Virus record (IMG/VR): IMGVR_UViG_3300033145_000723
Coordinates: 1-57,833 of that record
Origin: a virus
Taxonomy: Duplodnaviria; Caudoviricetes
DNA: 57,833 nucleotides
Strand: one strand, 5' to 3'
Part shown: positions 27,166 through 35,279 of the stretch, piece after piece
Position numbering within the stretch: the first letter of the stretch is position 1
How the letters are laid out: every line of letters starts with the position of its first letter
The notes under the pieces: generated by a model
What the model was told of the DNA's origin: nothing
Database searches by the model: none
Seen by the model: only the letters and a program-made list of their open reading frames with translations
Position numbers and translations under genes: made by a program

Positions 27166-27690
27166 CCGGGTTTGGAACGCAGGAGGGCGGCAAAGCCAAA
27201 CAACCCCCATGAGAGGGTGAGGCGTTGCAGTCATCTGCCAGACAAACTTTTATCTGCCTATGGTAAGACGAGAGAATTTCCAACCTCTCAACCAGTTACC
27301 TTGAATGGCTGCAAGCGAACCGCAGAGCGTTCGCAAAAATGGCTTTGGTCCTACGCCTAGCTTAACAGCAAAGACCGCCTATCTAAAATTCTGCACGAAA
27401 GCACTAACGAGAATTCAGTCAAACTTATCTGCCACCAAATAACTCCCTCTGAGAGAGTGAGGTGGTAATTCCTACAAACAGATAACGCAAGCGAAACTGT
27501 CACTTGCAAGACTGAATGAAACTCTATGACTTTCTGTTATCGTGAGGGACCGGGAACGGAGATCAGAACTCGGATAGGAATTTCGTTGAATCGAAACGCA
27601 CAAAATCGAACGCGCAAATCAAAAATAGATTCGGTTCGTGAGTGCGTCTCAGGAATTGGCAACCCTGACTGAAGAGATGCCAAACGGAAG
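27166..27690 (+). ncRNA. Large structured non-coding RNA or 5' leader of unknown family
   Basis: No credible ORF; many complementary helices, a duplicated covarying hairpin module, a GNRA loop, a long-range closing helix and a potential pseudoknot (see findings). Confidence 0.65.
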
Positions 27691-27718
27691 TTAGTTCAGA
27701 ACCACAGGGAGATGGAAA

Positions 27719-27889
27719 ATGGCAAAGAAAACAAAGAAACAAATACAAAAGCTTTGGGCTAAACAGGAAAAGGCATGGACAAAGTGGCGTGAGCAATTTA
27801 CTGAATTTGAAAAAGAACACCTTCGTGATTTAATTATCCGGGAGCATCATCAGGATATGACAAAGATTTACGATGAAAGAATCGGTTGA
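27719..27889 (+). CDS. 56-aa early protein absent from the ORF track
   Basis: Translated by hand: MAKKTKKQIQKLWAKQEKAWTKWREQFTEFEKEHLRDLIIREHHQDMTKIYDERIG*, with SD GGGAG. Confidence 0.7.
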   Translation: MAKKTKKQIQKLWAKQEKAWTKWREQFTEFEKEHLRDLIIREHHQDMTKIYDERIG

Positions 27890-27954
27890 AAACTTCACCC
27901 CACTCATTCGAGTGAGGCTCTGCAGTTAATTCAGAAGCACAAAGGAGAAAGACC

Positions 27955-28308
27955 ATGTTCGTATCAAACGTATCGATGCAAGACATGCGCACCGCACTCG
28001 GCAACCTCGAAAGAAAGTACGGCGGGAACATTTTGTTTGCGAAGATCGAACAGAAATCAAAAGTCAGAATTCAGTTCACTCTGAAAGTTGACTGCGCGAG
28101 TGGACATGGTTCAGCGCGTTCGCGCTCTGGACGCAAAACTGGTTCGGCTTGCTGGCATGCTCATGGTCATTTCTTTGATGCTCTGATGAAAGTCAATACG
28201 CATGCAATCGTCACCACTCGCGACACGCAAAAGATTTCGATCTACGGTGGTAACTGGCAAGACAACAACAATATGAAAAGTCTCTGCGAGTGTGAAGCGA
28301 AGAACTAA
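27955..28308 (+). CDS. Early hypothetical protein (Cys/His motif)
   Basis: ACWHAHGHFFDAL...CEC; strong SD. Confidence 0.8.
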   Translation: MFVSNVSMQDMRTALGNLERKYGGNILFAKIEQKSKVRIQFTLKVDCASGHGSARSRSGRKTGSACWHAHGHFFDALMKVNTHAIVTTRDTQKISIYGGNWQDNNNMKSLCECEAKN

Positions 28309-28332
28309 TTCAAATCCAAAAAGCGAAAACGC

Positions 28333-28361
28333 AACCCTCCACCCATTCGGGTGGGGGTTTT
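28333..28361 (+). terminator. Hairpin with short U-tract between early genes
   Basis: cctccaccc-attc-gggtggggg followed by tttt. Confidence 0.6.
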
Positions 28362-28393
28362 GAAGTTGATACAGAACCATAGAGGAGAATCAA

Positions 28394-29023
28394 ATGCCTA
28401 AGCTCAGAAAGAAAAGCACACGCAAGTCAACATACAATCTCATTTGCACTCTGGAAGATATGGAAAATCGTTTGACCGAAAATGCCAAGCATGACGTTTT
28501 GGATTACGTCAAGCAACTTCAGAAGATCGTGAACGGGAGACGGAAGAAAGATATTACTCTGCGTCTCTGCAAAGCGCAAGACCGCCGCGCATACCTTCGG
28601 CTGAACGTTGGCGAAACTTATTTGAATGTCATCGTGGATACTTACGGCTACTCCTACTATGGAATTGGTTTTGGATCAAGCGAAACTGAAAAGCCCCGCA
28701 CGATCATCAGCGCAGTCCTACGCAAAGCCAAGAAAGAGCAAGCGAAGAGAGACAAAAATGCAAAGATGATCGCGGATGCAAAAGCGCGTACCGAAAAACA
28801 TCTGCTCCCCATCAAGAAACTAATGGAGATGCTTGTTCCAGGTGTCACGATCAAAGAATCATTCTCAGAGCGTTATGCAGAAATTACTGTATCGAAAAAG
28901 ATGAAGAACGGAAAGCTTGTTGAAGCTGAGATCAGTGTCAACTCGAAAGATGAACTTCAGATTCAATTGGACGCGCCAAACATCAGCGCGAATGAATTGA
29001 TCGCAATCTTTTCGGTCCTCTAG
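28394..29023 (+). CDS. Early hypothetical protein
   Basis: 209 aa, SD GAGGAG. Confidence 0.8.
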   Translation: MPKLRKKSTRKSTYNLICTLEDMENRLTENAKHDVLDYVKQLQKIVNGRRKKDITLRLCKAQDRRAYLRLNVGETYLNVIVDTYGYSYYGIGFGSSETEKPRTIISAVLRKAKKEQAKRDKNAKMIADAKARTEKHLLPIKKLMEMLVPGVTIKESFSERYAEITVSKKMKNGKLVEAEISVNSKDELQIQLDAPNISANELIAIFSVL

Positions 29024-29069
29024 TCAGAACCCTTTTGCAACTCATTCAGAAACCCAAAGGAGATGAATC

Positions 29070-29297
29070 ATGGCAGCAAAGAAAAAGACTCTAAGCCAAA
29101 GACTCGCAGCAGAGATCAAACGTAATCCCATGCTTGCAGGATTTGTTGCACACGCGATTGTAGCTGAAGCAGATCGTGTAGCGAATGCATCTGAAGAGGC
29201 AAAGAAACAATTCGACAAGGGTCTTGTAACTTACGATTACTGGAACTCCCTTGGACAAGTTTGTAAAGGGATCGTGGGAGATAGCAGAGGAGAGTAG
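29070..29297 (+). CDS. Early hypothetical protein
   Basis: 75 aa, SD AAGGAG. Confidence 0.75.
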   Translation: MAAKKKTLSQRLAAEIKRNPMLAGFVAHAIVAEADRVANASEEAKKQFDKGLVTYDYWNSLGQVCKGIVGDSRGE

Positions 29298-29301
29298 AAA
29301 G

Positions 29302-29547
29302 ATGGTTCAGTCAACTTACGTCAAGCAAGAATACCTGGACACGGCAACCGATATCCATAAGCTGAATGATTTATTCCTGGAAGGTCTTGCGAACCACGAG
29401 AAAGGAGCAGAGGAAAACCGCTATCACTTTAGCTATGCTTTCACTCTCGAACTCGTTCGCGATGCTCTCCGCGTCTGTGTCAAATGGCTCCTGACCATCA
29501 CCGACAAAGAATTGAATACCGTCCTTGAAAGGAATCGTCAAGAATAG
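29302..29547 (+). CDS. Hypothetical protein
   Basis: Start MVQST with SD. Confidence 0.65.
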   Translation: MVQSTYVKQEYLDTATDIHKLNDLFLEGLANHEKGAEENRYHFSYAFTLELVRDALRVCVKWLLTITDKELNTVLERNRQE

Positions 29548-30128
29548 TGAGACCGGTTGTAACCGCTCTCGTTTTGAACCTGGATCAGAAAGGAATTCGC
29601 ACGATGAAAATGTTCAGCGTACTAGACCCGCTAAAGGAAGCGCACGAAGTAGCTTTGGAAATGGCGAGAGCCACTGGTGGCTCTATGTTTTTTGTTGAAT
29701 CCATTAACGATGACAAAGTTGTTATCCGTGATGAATTCAGTGAAATGCTAACAACCTTTTGCAGAAAGCCTGACACACGAACGATCTTCGAAAAGGCTGA
29801 TGAAAGTTTCAAAGCACTCGTGAAGGACACAAGTTTTGAAGCGGTCTTAGTTGCTGCTTTGGAACATGCGAAAGGACAGGCGGTTGCTGCTGGCATCGGC
29901 TTTGTCGAATCGCAACCCCATTCCCAGATCGAACAGATGTATGAAGATGATGAACAACAATGGAAGAACATCTCAATTCTTTTAGATAACGCGAGACAGG
30001 AAATCCCAGTAAGACCCATTGGAGAGGAAAGCGAAAAACCTACTGCAGAAGATATGGTCGAGGAAGATGAAAGGGAAACTGATGGCAACGAAGAAGAAAA
30101 AGGTTTGGAAGTTCCTTCGGGCGGGTGA
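29547..30128 (+). CDS. Acidic hypothetical protein
   Basis: 193-aa ORF. Confidence 0.7.
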   Translation: MRPVVTALVLNLDQKGIRTMKMFSVLDPLKEAHEVALEMARATGGSMFFVESINDDKVVIRDEFSEMLTTFCRKPDTRTIFEKADESFKALVKDTSFEAVLVAALEHAKGQAVAAGIGFVESQPHSQIEQMYEDDEQQWKNISILLDNARQEIPVRPIGEESEKPTAEDMVEEDERETDGNEEEKGLEVPSGG

Positions 30129-30348
30129 CCGTTTCAAGAATGTTCGTTCGAGACTTGTTTACCTTCTGGCAGTGATCCGATGCCAAGAACATGTCGAAGA
30201 GGTTGTCTTAATCTGCATGCAAACTGGCAACCGATTCTACATGCCTTATTGGGTGCGGGACTCAAAGACAATCACCGAAAAAGAATGGGAGATGGTTACA
30301 GATGGAATGGCTCACATCTTCAAGCACCTCCCACGGAAAGGGGAATGA
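30082..30348 (+). CDS. Hypothetical protein; probable paralogue of 30538-30801
   Basis: LRAGDRF...VVLICMQTGNRF...V.DSKTITEKEW versus IKRSDLF...ARLVCLNDGEFW...V.DIFDISQKEF. Confidence 0.7.
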   Translation: MATKKKKVWKFLRAGDRFKNVRSRLVYLLAVIRCQEHVEEVVLICMQTGNRFYMPYWVRDSKTITEKEWEMVTDGMAHIFKHLPRKGE

Positions 30349-30572
30349 TGTTCAAGCTCTCTCGCCTTGAACAGATTGCATGTATTGTTTCTGCTATCTT
30401 TATTGCTTTGCTTATCATCTTTGATACTCCAGATGAAGAAAGTATTGCCCTGAAGAAAACGCATCAACTCCAAAGACAAAAGAAGCATTTGCAACTCGAA
30501 GTTGAAATTCAGGAACTACAAAAACGAAAGGAAAGTAATGAGCAAGAAGAAAAGAAAGATCAAGCGCAGTGA
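30345..30572 (+). CDS. Small membrane-anchored coiled-coil protein
   Basis: N-terminal TM helix, then Gln/Lys/Glu heptads. Confidence 0.6.
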   Translation: MMFKLSRLEQIACIVSAIFIALLIIFDTPDEESIALKKTHQLQRQKKHLQLEVEIQELQKRKESNEQEEKKDQAQ

Positions 30573-30801
30573 TTTGTTCATCAGTAAAGTTGATGGAGAG
30601 CTTTATATGATGACCGCCGAAAGTTACGGACACCGTGCGCGTCTCGTTTGTTTGAATGATGGTGAATTCTGGGGTGCTGGTGTAAACGTCAAAGATATCT
30701 TCGATATCTCCCAGAAAGAATTCCACGGCATCACCGTAGGCAGTGAAAAATCCTTCATGCGAGTTAGCAAGCACAAAAGCTTAGTCCTAACAAAAGACTG
30801 A
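30538..30801 (+). CDS. Hypothetical protein; probable paralogue of 30082-30348
   Basis: Shared motif pattern as above. Confidence 0.7.
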   Translation: MSKKKRKIKRSDLFISKVDGELYMMTAESYGHRARLVCLNDGEFWGAGVNVKDIFDISQKEFHGITVGSEKSFMRVSKHKSLVLTKD

Positions 30802-30804
30802 ATT

Positions 30805-31030
30805 GCAAAACCTCGCTCACGGCATTCCCGGACTCAGAAATTTCCGTCCCGTCAAAGAAGCGAAAACCTCACACCCTTCCGAACCCGTGAGCTTGGTTTT
30901 GTTATTCACCCACAACGGATACGTTGTCAAAGGAGAGAACTATGTAACCTTTGGACTAAAGCCCAGAACGTTGCTCTCGCGTTGACGAGCGGAGAGAGTA
31001 GCGTTGTGTGTTTTGTCTTTGCAGTTTTTG
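30805..31030 (+). ncRNA. Second putative structured intergenic RNA
   Basis: Helices gcaaaacc/ggttttgt, gctcacgg/ccgtgagc, acaacg/cgttgt, caaagg/cctttg, aacgttgctctc/gagagtagcgtt. Confidence 0.5.
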
Positions 31031-31056
31031 CAGCATCACGAAAGGGAGGAAGAGTT

Positions 31057-31266
31057 ATGGTCACGAAGATGAAAACGGTTACGCATAATGGTACGAGCTA
31101 CGGTTTGGAAGTCATCGGAGACAAGAAGAGCCATTACAAGTATCGTACACCAGACGGCAAGAAACATCGAAGCGAAGTTGGTGCGGTGAGGCACATCGAA
31201 GAAAAGAAAATGGCAACATCCATGCTCAACCTCGAAAAAAGATGGGGTGTCACCCTGAGTGCCTGA
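31057..31266 (+). CDS. Small protein (YRTPDGKKHRS motif)
   Basis: SD GGGAGG; motif reminiscent of the MBD-like Y.(S/T)P.GK..RS. Confidence 0.65.
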   Translation: MVTKMKTVTHNGTSYGLEVIGDKKSHYKYRTPDGKKHRSEVGAVRHIEEKKMATSMLNLEKRWGVTLSA

Positions 31267-31280
31267 AGGAGAAAGGATCA

Positions 31281-31652
31281 ATGTTATACAACGGGGAGTA
31301 CAAAGTAATTGACACAGAGGGAAGGGAAAAGATTTTCACTATCAAACTCCAACCAAGCGATTCAACCTTCGCTCCTGGCATGAGAGTTGTTTCTGCCATT
31401 ACACAGAGAGGAGCACGAAAGTATGTAAATGGTTTTGCTTTCCTCTCTGGGAGCGATGACCCGCGAGTTGATCTATGGAGACGAAAGGACAACGAGCAGT
31501 ACAGACGGTATGCAAGACTCTTGGAGTCTATCGGGAGAATGGATATCCGAGAGGGTCAACCGAATTCAATTGCTGCCATGGACGGTATGCAATTCATTGT
31601 GAACGTCACTGAAAAGAAAGACAAAACAAATGGCAAAGAAAACTGTAGTTAA
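31281..31652 (+). CDS. Hypothetical phage protein
   Basis: FTIKLQPSDSTFAPGMRVV...GFAFL; SD present. Confidence 0.7.
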   Translation: MLYNGEYKVIDTEGREKIFTIKLQPSDSTFAPGMRVVSAITQRGARKYVNGFAFLSGSDDPRVDLWRRKDNEQYRRYARLLESIGRMDIREGQPNSIAAMDGMQFIVNVTEKKDKTNGKENCS

Positions 31653-31923
31653 GGTTACAAAGATTCCATTATTCTATGAGGGCAAGAGTGATGTACTTCT
31701 GAAGCTGAAGAGCACCGAATTTCCCCAGACTGCAGCGGGTCAGAATGCGTACTGCGATTACATGATTCTGAAATGGTCCAAAAAGAAAAGTGGAGTCGCT
31801 GAAAAGTTTGATCCGAAGGCAAAGGAAAAGGGCAAACTCCAGCGGCGGTTGGAACGCATGAAGGCAAAGCAGGAAGAGCTTGAAGCAGAACTCGAGGAGA
31901 TGGGGGATGGCTCAGAGGAATAG
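31630..31923 (+). CDS. Hypothetical coiled-coil protein
   Basis: 97 aa with C-terminal heptads. Confidence 0.7.
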   Translation: MAKKTVVKVTKIPLFYEGKSDVLLKLKSTEFPQTAAGQNAYCDYMILKWSKKKSGVAEKFDPKAKEKGKLQRRLERMKAKQEELEAELEEMGDGSEE

Positions 31924-32185
31924 GCACAAGAGACGCTTGCATGATCTTGAGCAAGAATTGATTCTAATACCAAACCTGTTAGAGCAAGCGGCGAAGCATT
32001 TAACTCATTTGGATAAGAGGTTGAGAGAACTTCCAGATGAAATTGACATGGCAAAAATGCTAGTGGACTTTCATTCAAAGGGCAAGACGGTCAACATGAC
32101 AAAGAAAAAACTAGCTGCATTGCGTAAACAAATCGCCGCTACGAAAAAGCGTATCATGGAACTCATGCGGGAGGGAGATTTATGA
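31907..32185 (+). CDS. Hypothetical coiled-coil protein
   Basis: Leu heptads; overlaps neighbours. Confidence 0.6.
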   Translation: MAQRNRHKRRLHDLEQELILIPNLLEQAAKHLTHLDKRLRELPDEIDMAKMLVDFHSKGKTVNMTKKKLAALRKQIAATKKRIMELMREGDL

Positions 32186-32421
32186 AGTTTATCAAACTGG
32201 TGTCAAAGAGCAGAGCGACAACTGTCCTCTTCGTGAACCCTGAAACGATTACGCATATTGAGGGGTATGATGAAGGCACTTGCGTTTACACTTCAGACGG
32301 TTTTTTCACAAAGGTGGAAGATGCTCCTGAAACCGTTAAGCGTATGGCAGAGAACGCAACGAGTGACGTTGAAATTATGGATGTAGAAACGTTAAAAGAA
32401 CGAGTGAGGCAAAATGGCTAA
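32182..32421 (+). CDS. FlbD-like small protein
   Basis: FIKL...LFVNPETITHIE...T.V...DG...V.DAPETV matches the FlbD family pattern. Confidence 0.7.
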   Translation: MKFIKLVSKSRATTVLFVNPETITHIEGYDEGTCVYTSDGFFTKVEDAPETVKRMAENATSDVEIMDVETLKERVRQNG

Positions 32422-33280
32422 GAAGAAATTCAAAGTCGCAAAGAAAAAGTTCCAGGTAAAAAAGAACAAGAAGTTCGTGGTGAAGAAAAAGAAGTTCCAA
32501 GTGAAAAAGAATAACGCGCACCCGATTCCAATTGTTCCATTCCCCCCTGCAGAATTCAATTCAATCCTGATGGAGTCTGCGAAGCATTTCGGGTGGAGGT
32601 GCTTTTCACTTCGAACGCAAACGCGAAGTGGAGTTAGAGCAGAGAAACGATTTGTAATGGAGGAGTATGAAAGGTTCTTTGGTGAACCGCCTCCAGAAAA
32701 AATGCGTTGGCGTTTAGTCAAGACAAGAATCATCACCCATTGTCAATATCTCTTGGCTAGGCAAGATGGAAAGGAGAACGAACTCAAAGAGAAGTTTTGG
32801 AAAAGCTACTTTGCGGCATGGGGTCGCAAAGCAGAGAAGAATGATGTGCGGGATTTTGATGAACTTTCGAGATTTTTGTTTAACGTACTGGAGGAAAGTG
32901 ACATGGCGAAAAAGTCGAGCAAGAAAAAGGTTTCCAAGAAGGTCGCGAAGAAACAGTTGATCGTGAAGAAGAAGGTAGCCAAGAAAGCCACAAAGAAAAC
33001 CACAAAGAAAGTGGCGAAGAAGAAGACAACGAAAAAGGTTGCCAAGAAAAAGTCATCGAAAAAGGGCAACATCAGAACTCCCGCCGGTAGTCCTTTCAAG
33101 AAGGGCACCGCTGCTGGAATCGCGTGGGAGATTATCAAGCAGCAAAAGGCAAAGGGCAAAAAGGGTGACAAGATCAAAGAGATTCTTGATGCCGCGAGTG
33201 AATCAGGAAAGCTCCCTGCCCAGAATGGCAGTCGTTACTATGACTACATCATTGCGAAGTGCCCGAAGCTCAAGAGCTAG
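32414..33280 (+). CDS. Highly basic histone-H1-like DNA-binding protein; internal in-frame start at 32903
   Basis: KKKF.V repeats at the N-terminus, KKVAKK repeats in the C-half; SD GGAGG 8 nt before ATG 32903. Confidence 0.75.
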   Translation: MAKKKFKVAKKKFQVKKNKKFVVKKKKFQVKKNNAHPIPIVPFPPAEFNSILMESAKHFGWRCFSLRTQTRSGVRAEKRFVMEEYERFFGEPPPEKMRWRLVKTRIITHCQYLLARQDGKENELKEKFWKSYFAAWGRKAEKNDVRDFDELSRFLFNVLEESDMAKKSSKKKVSKKVAKKQLIVKKKVAKKATKKTTKKVAKKKTTKKVAKKKSSKKGNIRTPAGSPFKKGTAAGIAWEIIKQQKAKGKKGDKIKEILDAASESGKLPAQNGSRYYDYIIAKCPKLKS

Positions 33281-33296
33281 AACAAGCGCACAATCT

Positions 33297-33333
33297 GAGG
33301 GGGTCTGGGGAGCTTTTCTCCAGACCCCTTTTT
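33297..33333 (+). terminator. Intrinsic terminator
   Basis: ggggtctggggag / ttctccagacccc stem followed by ttttt. Confidence 0.85.
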
Positions 33334-33471
33334 GCGTTGGCATATGTCCTCTCAGGAGCTTACATCGCCTCAGTCAGACCGATTTCCCGCCTCTGTGAGC
33401 GACTTTGATCAGAATCCCCGGTAACGAGACCCGCAAGCGGTTCCAAGACCGCCAGAAGGAGAGCAGGAGCC

Positions 33472-34182
33472 ATGGCACAACGGAAAAAGAAGTTCAAGGT
33501 AACGAAAAGGAAAACGGTTGTCAAAAAGAAACCGAAGAGCTTGAAAGAGCGACTAATCGAAATGAAGTTATCCTCTCTCAATTTCCATCCAAAGAATCCG
33601 CGAGACCACGATGAAGGAAATCTCAAGGATATCATGGAGAGCTATGAAAACTTTGGAGAGATGCAACCGGTTGTCGTTTGGGGAATGAAAAATTATGTCA
33701 TTGTTGGTAACGGTAGGCTAGAAGCTGCAACCCGCCTTGGTTTGAAAGTTCTTTCTATAGTTCGTGCGGATCATCTTACAAAAGATGAAGCCGAATCATA
33801 CATGATCGCAGATAACAAATCGAGTGATTCCAGTAAGTTCAATAAGGAATTGCTTGCTGATATGTTCCAAGGTCTTCATGGACGTGGAGCAGATTTATCT
33901 CAGACGGGTTTCAGCCGGTTTGAAATTGAACCGCTGATTACTCCTGATGATGGAAACCATGATTTTTCACAGTTCGAAGATGAGATTGAAAAACTCTCTG
34001 GGGAGGACAGAGTTATAATCGGCGTGGAGGTTCAAGTGAAATTTGTGGAGCGAGTCACTGAGTGGCTTGCAAATGGGGAAAAGAAAACGGCATCCGGTTT
34101 AGGAAAAGGAGTAATGAAAAGATGCGGATTGCGCTCATCGAAGTCAAAAGTAAAGGTGAACTCTTCCCGATCCAGTTCCTAA
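33472..34182 (+). CDS. ParB/Srx-like N-terminal domain protein
   Basis: HPKNPRDH, SYENFG..QPVVV, IVGNGRLEAA, YMIADNK, DLSQTGF. Confidence 0.9.
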   Translation: MAQRKKKFKVTKRKTVVKKKPKSLKERLIEMKLSSLNFHPKNPRDHDEGNLKDIMESYENFGEMQPVVVWGMKNYVIVGNGRLEAATRLGLKVLSIVRADHLTKDEAESYMIADNKSSDSSKFNKELLADMFQGLHGRGADLSQTGFSRFEIEPLITPDDGNHDFSQFEDEIEKLSGEDRVIIGVEVQVKFVERVTEWLANGEKKTASGLGKGVMKRCGLRSSKSKVKVNSSRSSS

Positions 34183-35279
34183 AGATTGGGGCAATGCTCA
34201 GAAAGAAAAAGCACAAGGTGACACTTTTCAAGAACAAGCCACCGAAAGAACCAAAACGCTACGATGAAATTTGGCTCAGTGTCATTTTTACTTATGACTA
34301 TGAGTTGACTCACAAAATCGTGAGTGCGATTCGTGCAATGACAAAAGGGAAGAAGGTCAAACTTAAACTTGGGGGAACCGCGCCATCAATTTTCCCAGAA
34401 CAATTCAAGCATCTCGGCATCCCAATTCATACCGGTCTCATTCCAGAAGCGGAAAAGTGTACCCCCGATTACAGTTTGTTGGAAGAGGACTATGATTATT
34501 CAATCGGGTGGACTTCTCGCGGGTGCGTTCGGAAGTGTAAGTTTTGCGCCGTGCCAGTTGTTGAACCAAAGTTTTATCATGTAGACTGGTTCAAGAATAT
34601 TAACAAAACGAAAAAGAAGATTCTGTTCTACGATAACAACTGGTTGGCAAAGTCAAAGAAAGTCTTGAAGAAAGATGTTGAGCAAATGGTGCAACTTCAA
34701 GAGGAGTTTGGAATCACAGAGATCGATTTCAATCAAGCTCTTGACGCGCGTCTAATGACTGAAGAGATTGCAGATATTATTGCACCGGTAAAGCTGAGTC
34801 CAGTTCGTTTTGCGTTCGATGGAATGTGGGAAGATGGTTTGTGGCAGAATGCAATTAAGATGATGATTGATCGGGGATTTCGCACTTACAATAGTTTGGT
34901 GCTGTACAATTTCAAAGACACGCCAGAAGATTTGTACTATCGAATTCGTGAGCATGCAAGAATGACAAAGTTGATGGGGGGTAGTGATCTTGTCAAAGCT
35001 TTCCCCATGCGCTACCAACCACTCAAGATGATCAAACGTGATTTTCTGGGTGAGAATTGGACACGAAAGGAACGCTCTGCATTCCTACGCATCGTTTCGA
35101 TCCATGGAAGTTCTGGAACTGTCTCTTGCAGGAATCTAAACGAATTTGAATATTGGTTTGGGAAAAACGACAAAGAATTTAAAGCTCTGCTTAACTACCC
35201 GAGACTAAATGAACTTTTATTAAAACGCAAAGGGTATCTCATGGCAAATCGTGCCAAGGTGATAGAGGCTAAGAGATGA
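34122..35279 (+). CDS. Radical SAM enzyme with N-terminal cobalamin-binding-like domain; start MRIALI
   Basis: FPIQFLKIGAML, LSVIFTY, LGG.APS, TSRGCVRKCKFC (CX3CX2C), FYDNN, DFNQALDARL, RFAFD, FPMRYQP. Confidence 0.88.
   Translation: MRIALIEVKSKGELFPIQFLKIGAMLRKKKHKVTLFKNKPPKEPKRYDEIWLSVIFTYDYELTHKIVSAIRAMTKGKKVKLKLGGTAPSIFPEQFKHLGIPIHTGLIPEAEKCTPDYSLLEEDYDYSIGWTSRGCVRKCKFCAVPVVEPKFYHVDWFKNINKTKKKILFYDNNWLAKSKKVLKKDVEQMVQLQEEFGITEIDFNQALDARLMTEEIADIIAPVKLSPVRFAFDGMWEDGLWQNAIKMMIDRGFRTYNSLVLYNFKDTPEDLYYRIREHARMTKLMGGSDLVKAFPMRYQPLKMIKRDFLGENWTRKERSAFLRIVSIHGSSGTVSCRNLNEFEYWFGKNDKEFKALLNYPRLNELLLKRKGYLMANRAKVIEAKR

Larger units (their letters stand above)
27688..29063 (+). repeat. Four copies of a ~30-nt leader element ending in the SD of consecutive early genes
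   Basis: aagttagttcagaaccacagggaga (~27688), cagttaattcagaagcacaaaggaga (~27923), aagttgatacagaaccatagaggaga (~28363), caactcattcagaaacccaaaggaga (~29038). Confidence 0.75.

Noticed and set aside
27166-27690. Group I/II intron, RNase P, tmRNA or tRNA identity for the structured region
   Set aside because: No P7 or domain V consensus, no GAGGAAAGUCC, no tRNA-like ends. cagaactcgg only loosely resembles the RNase P 3' motif. Judged by eye only.
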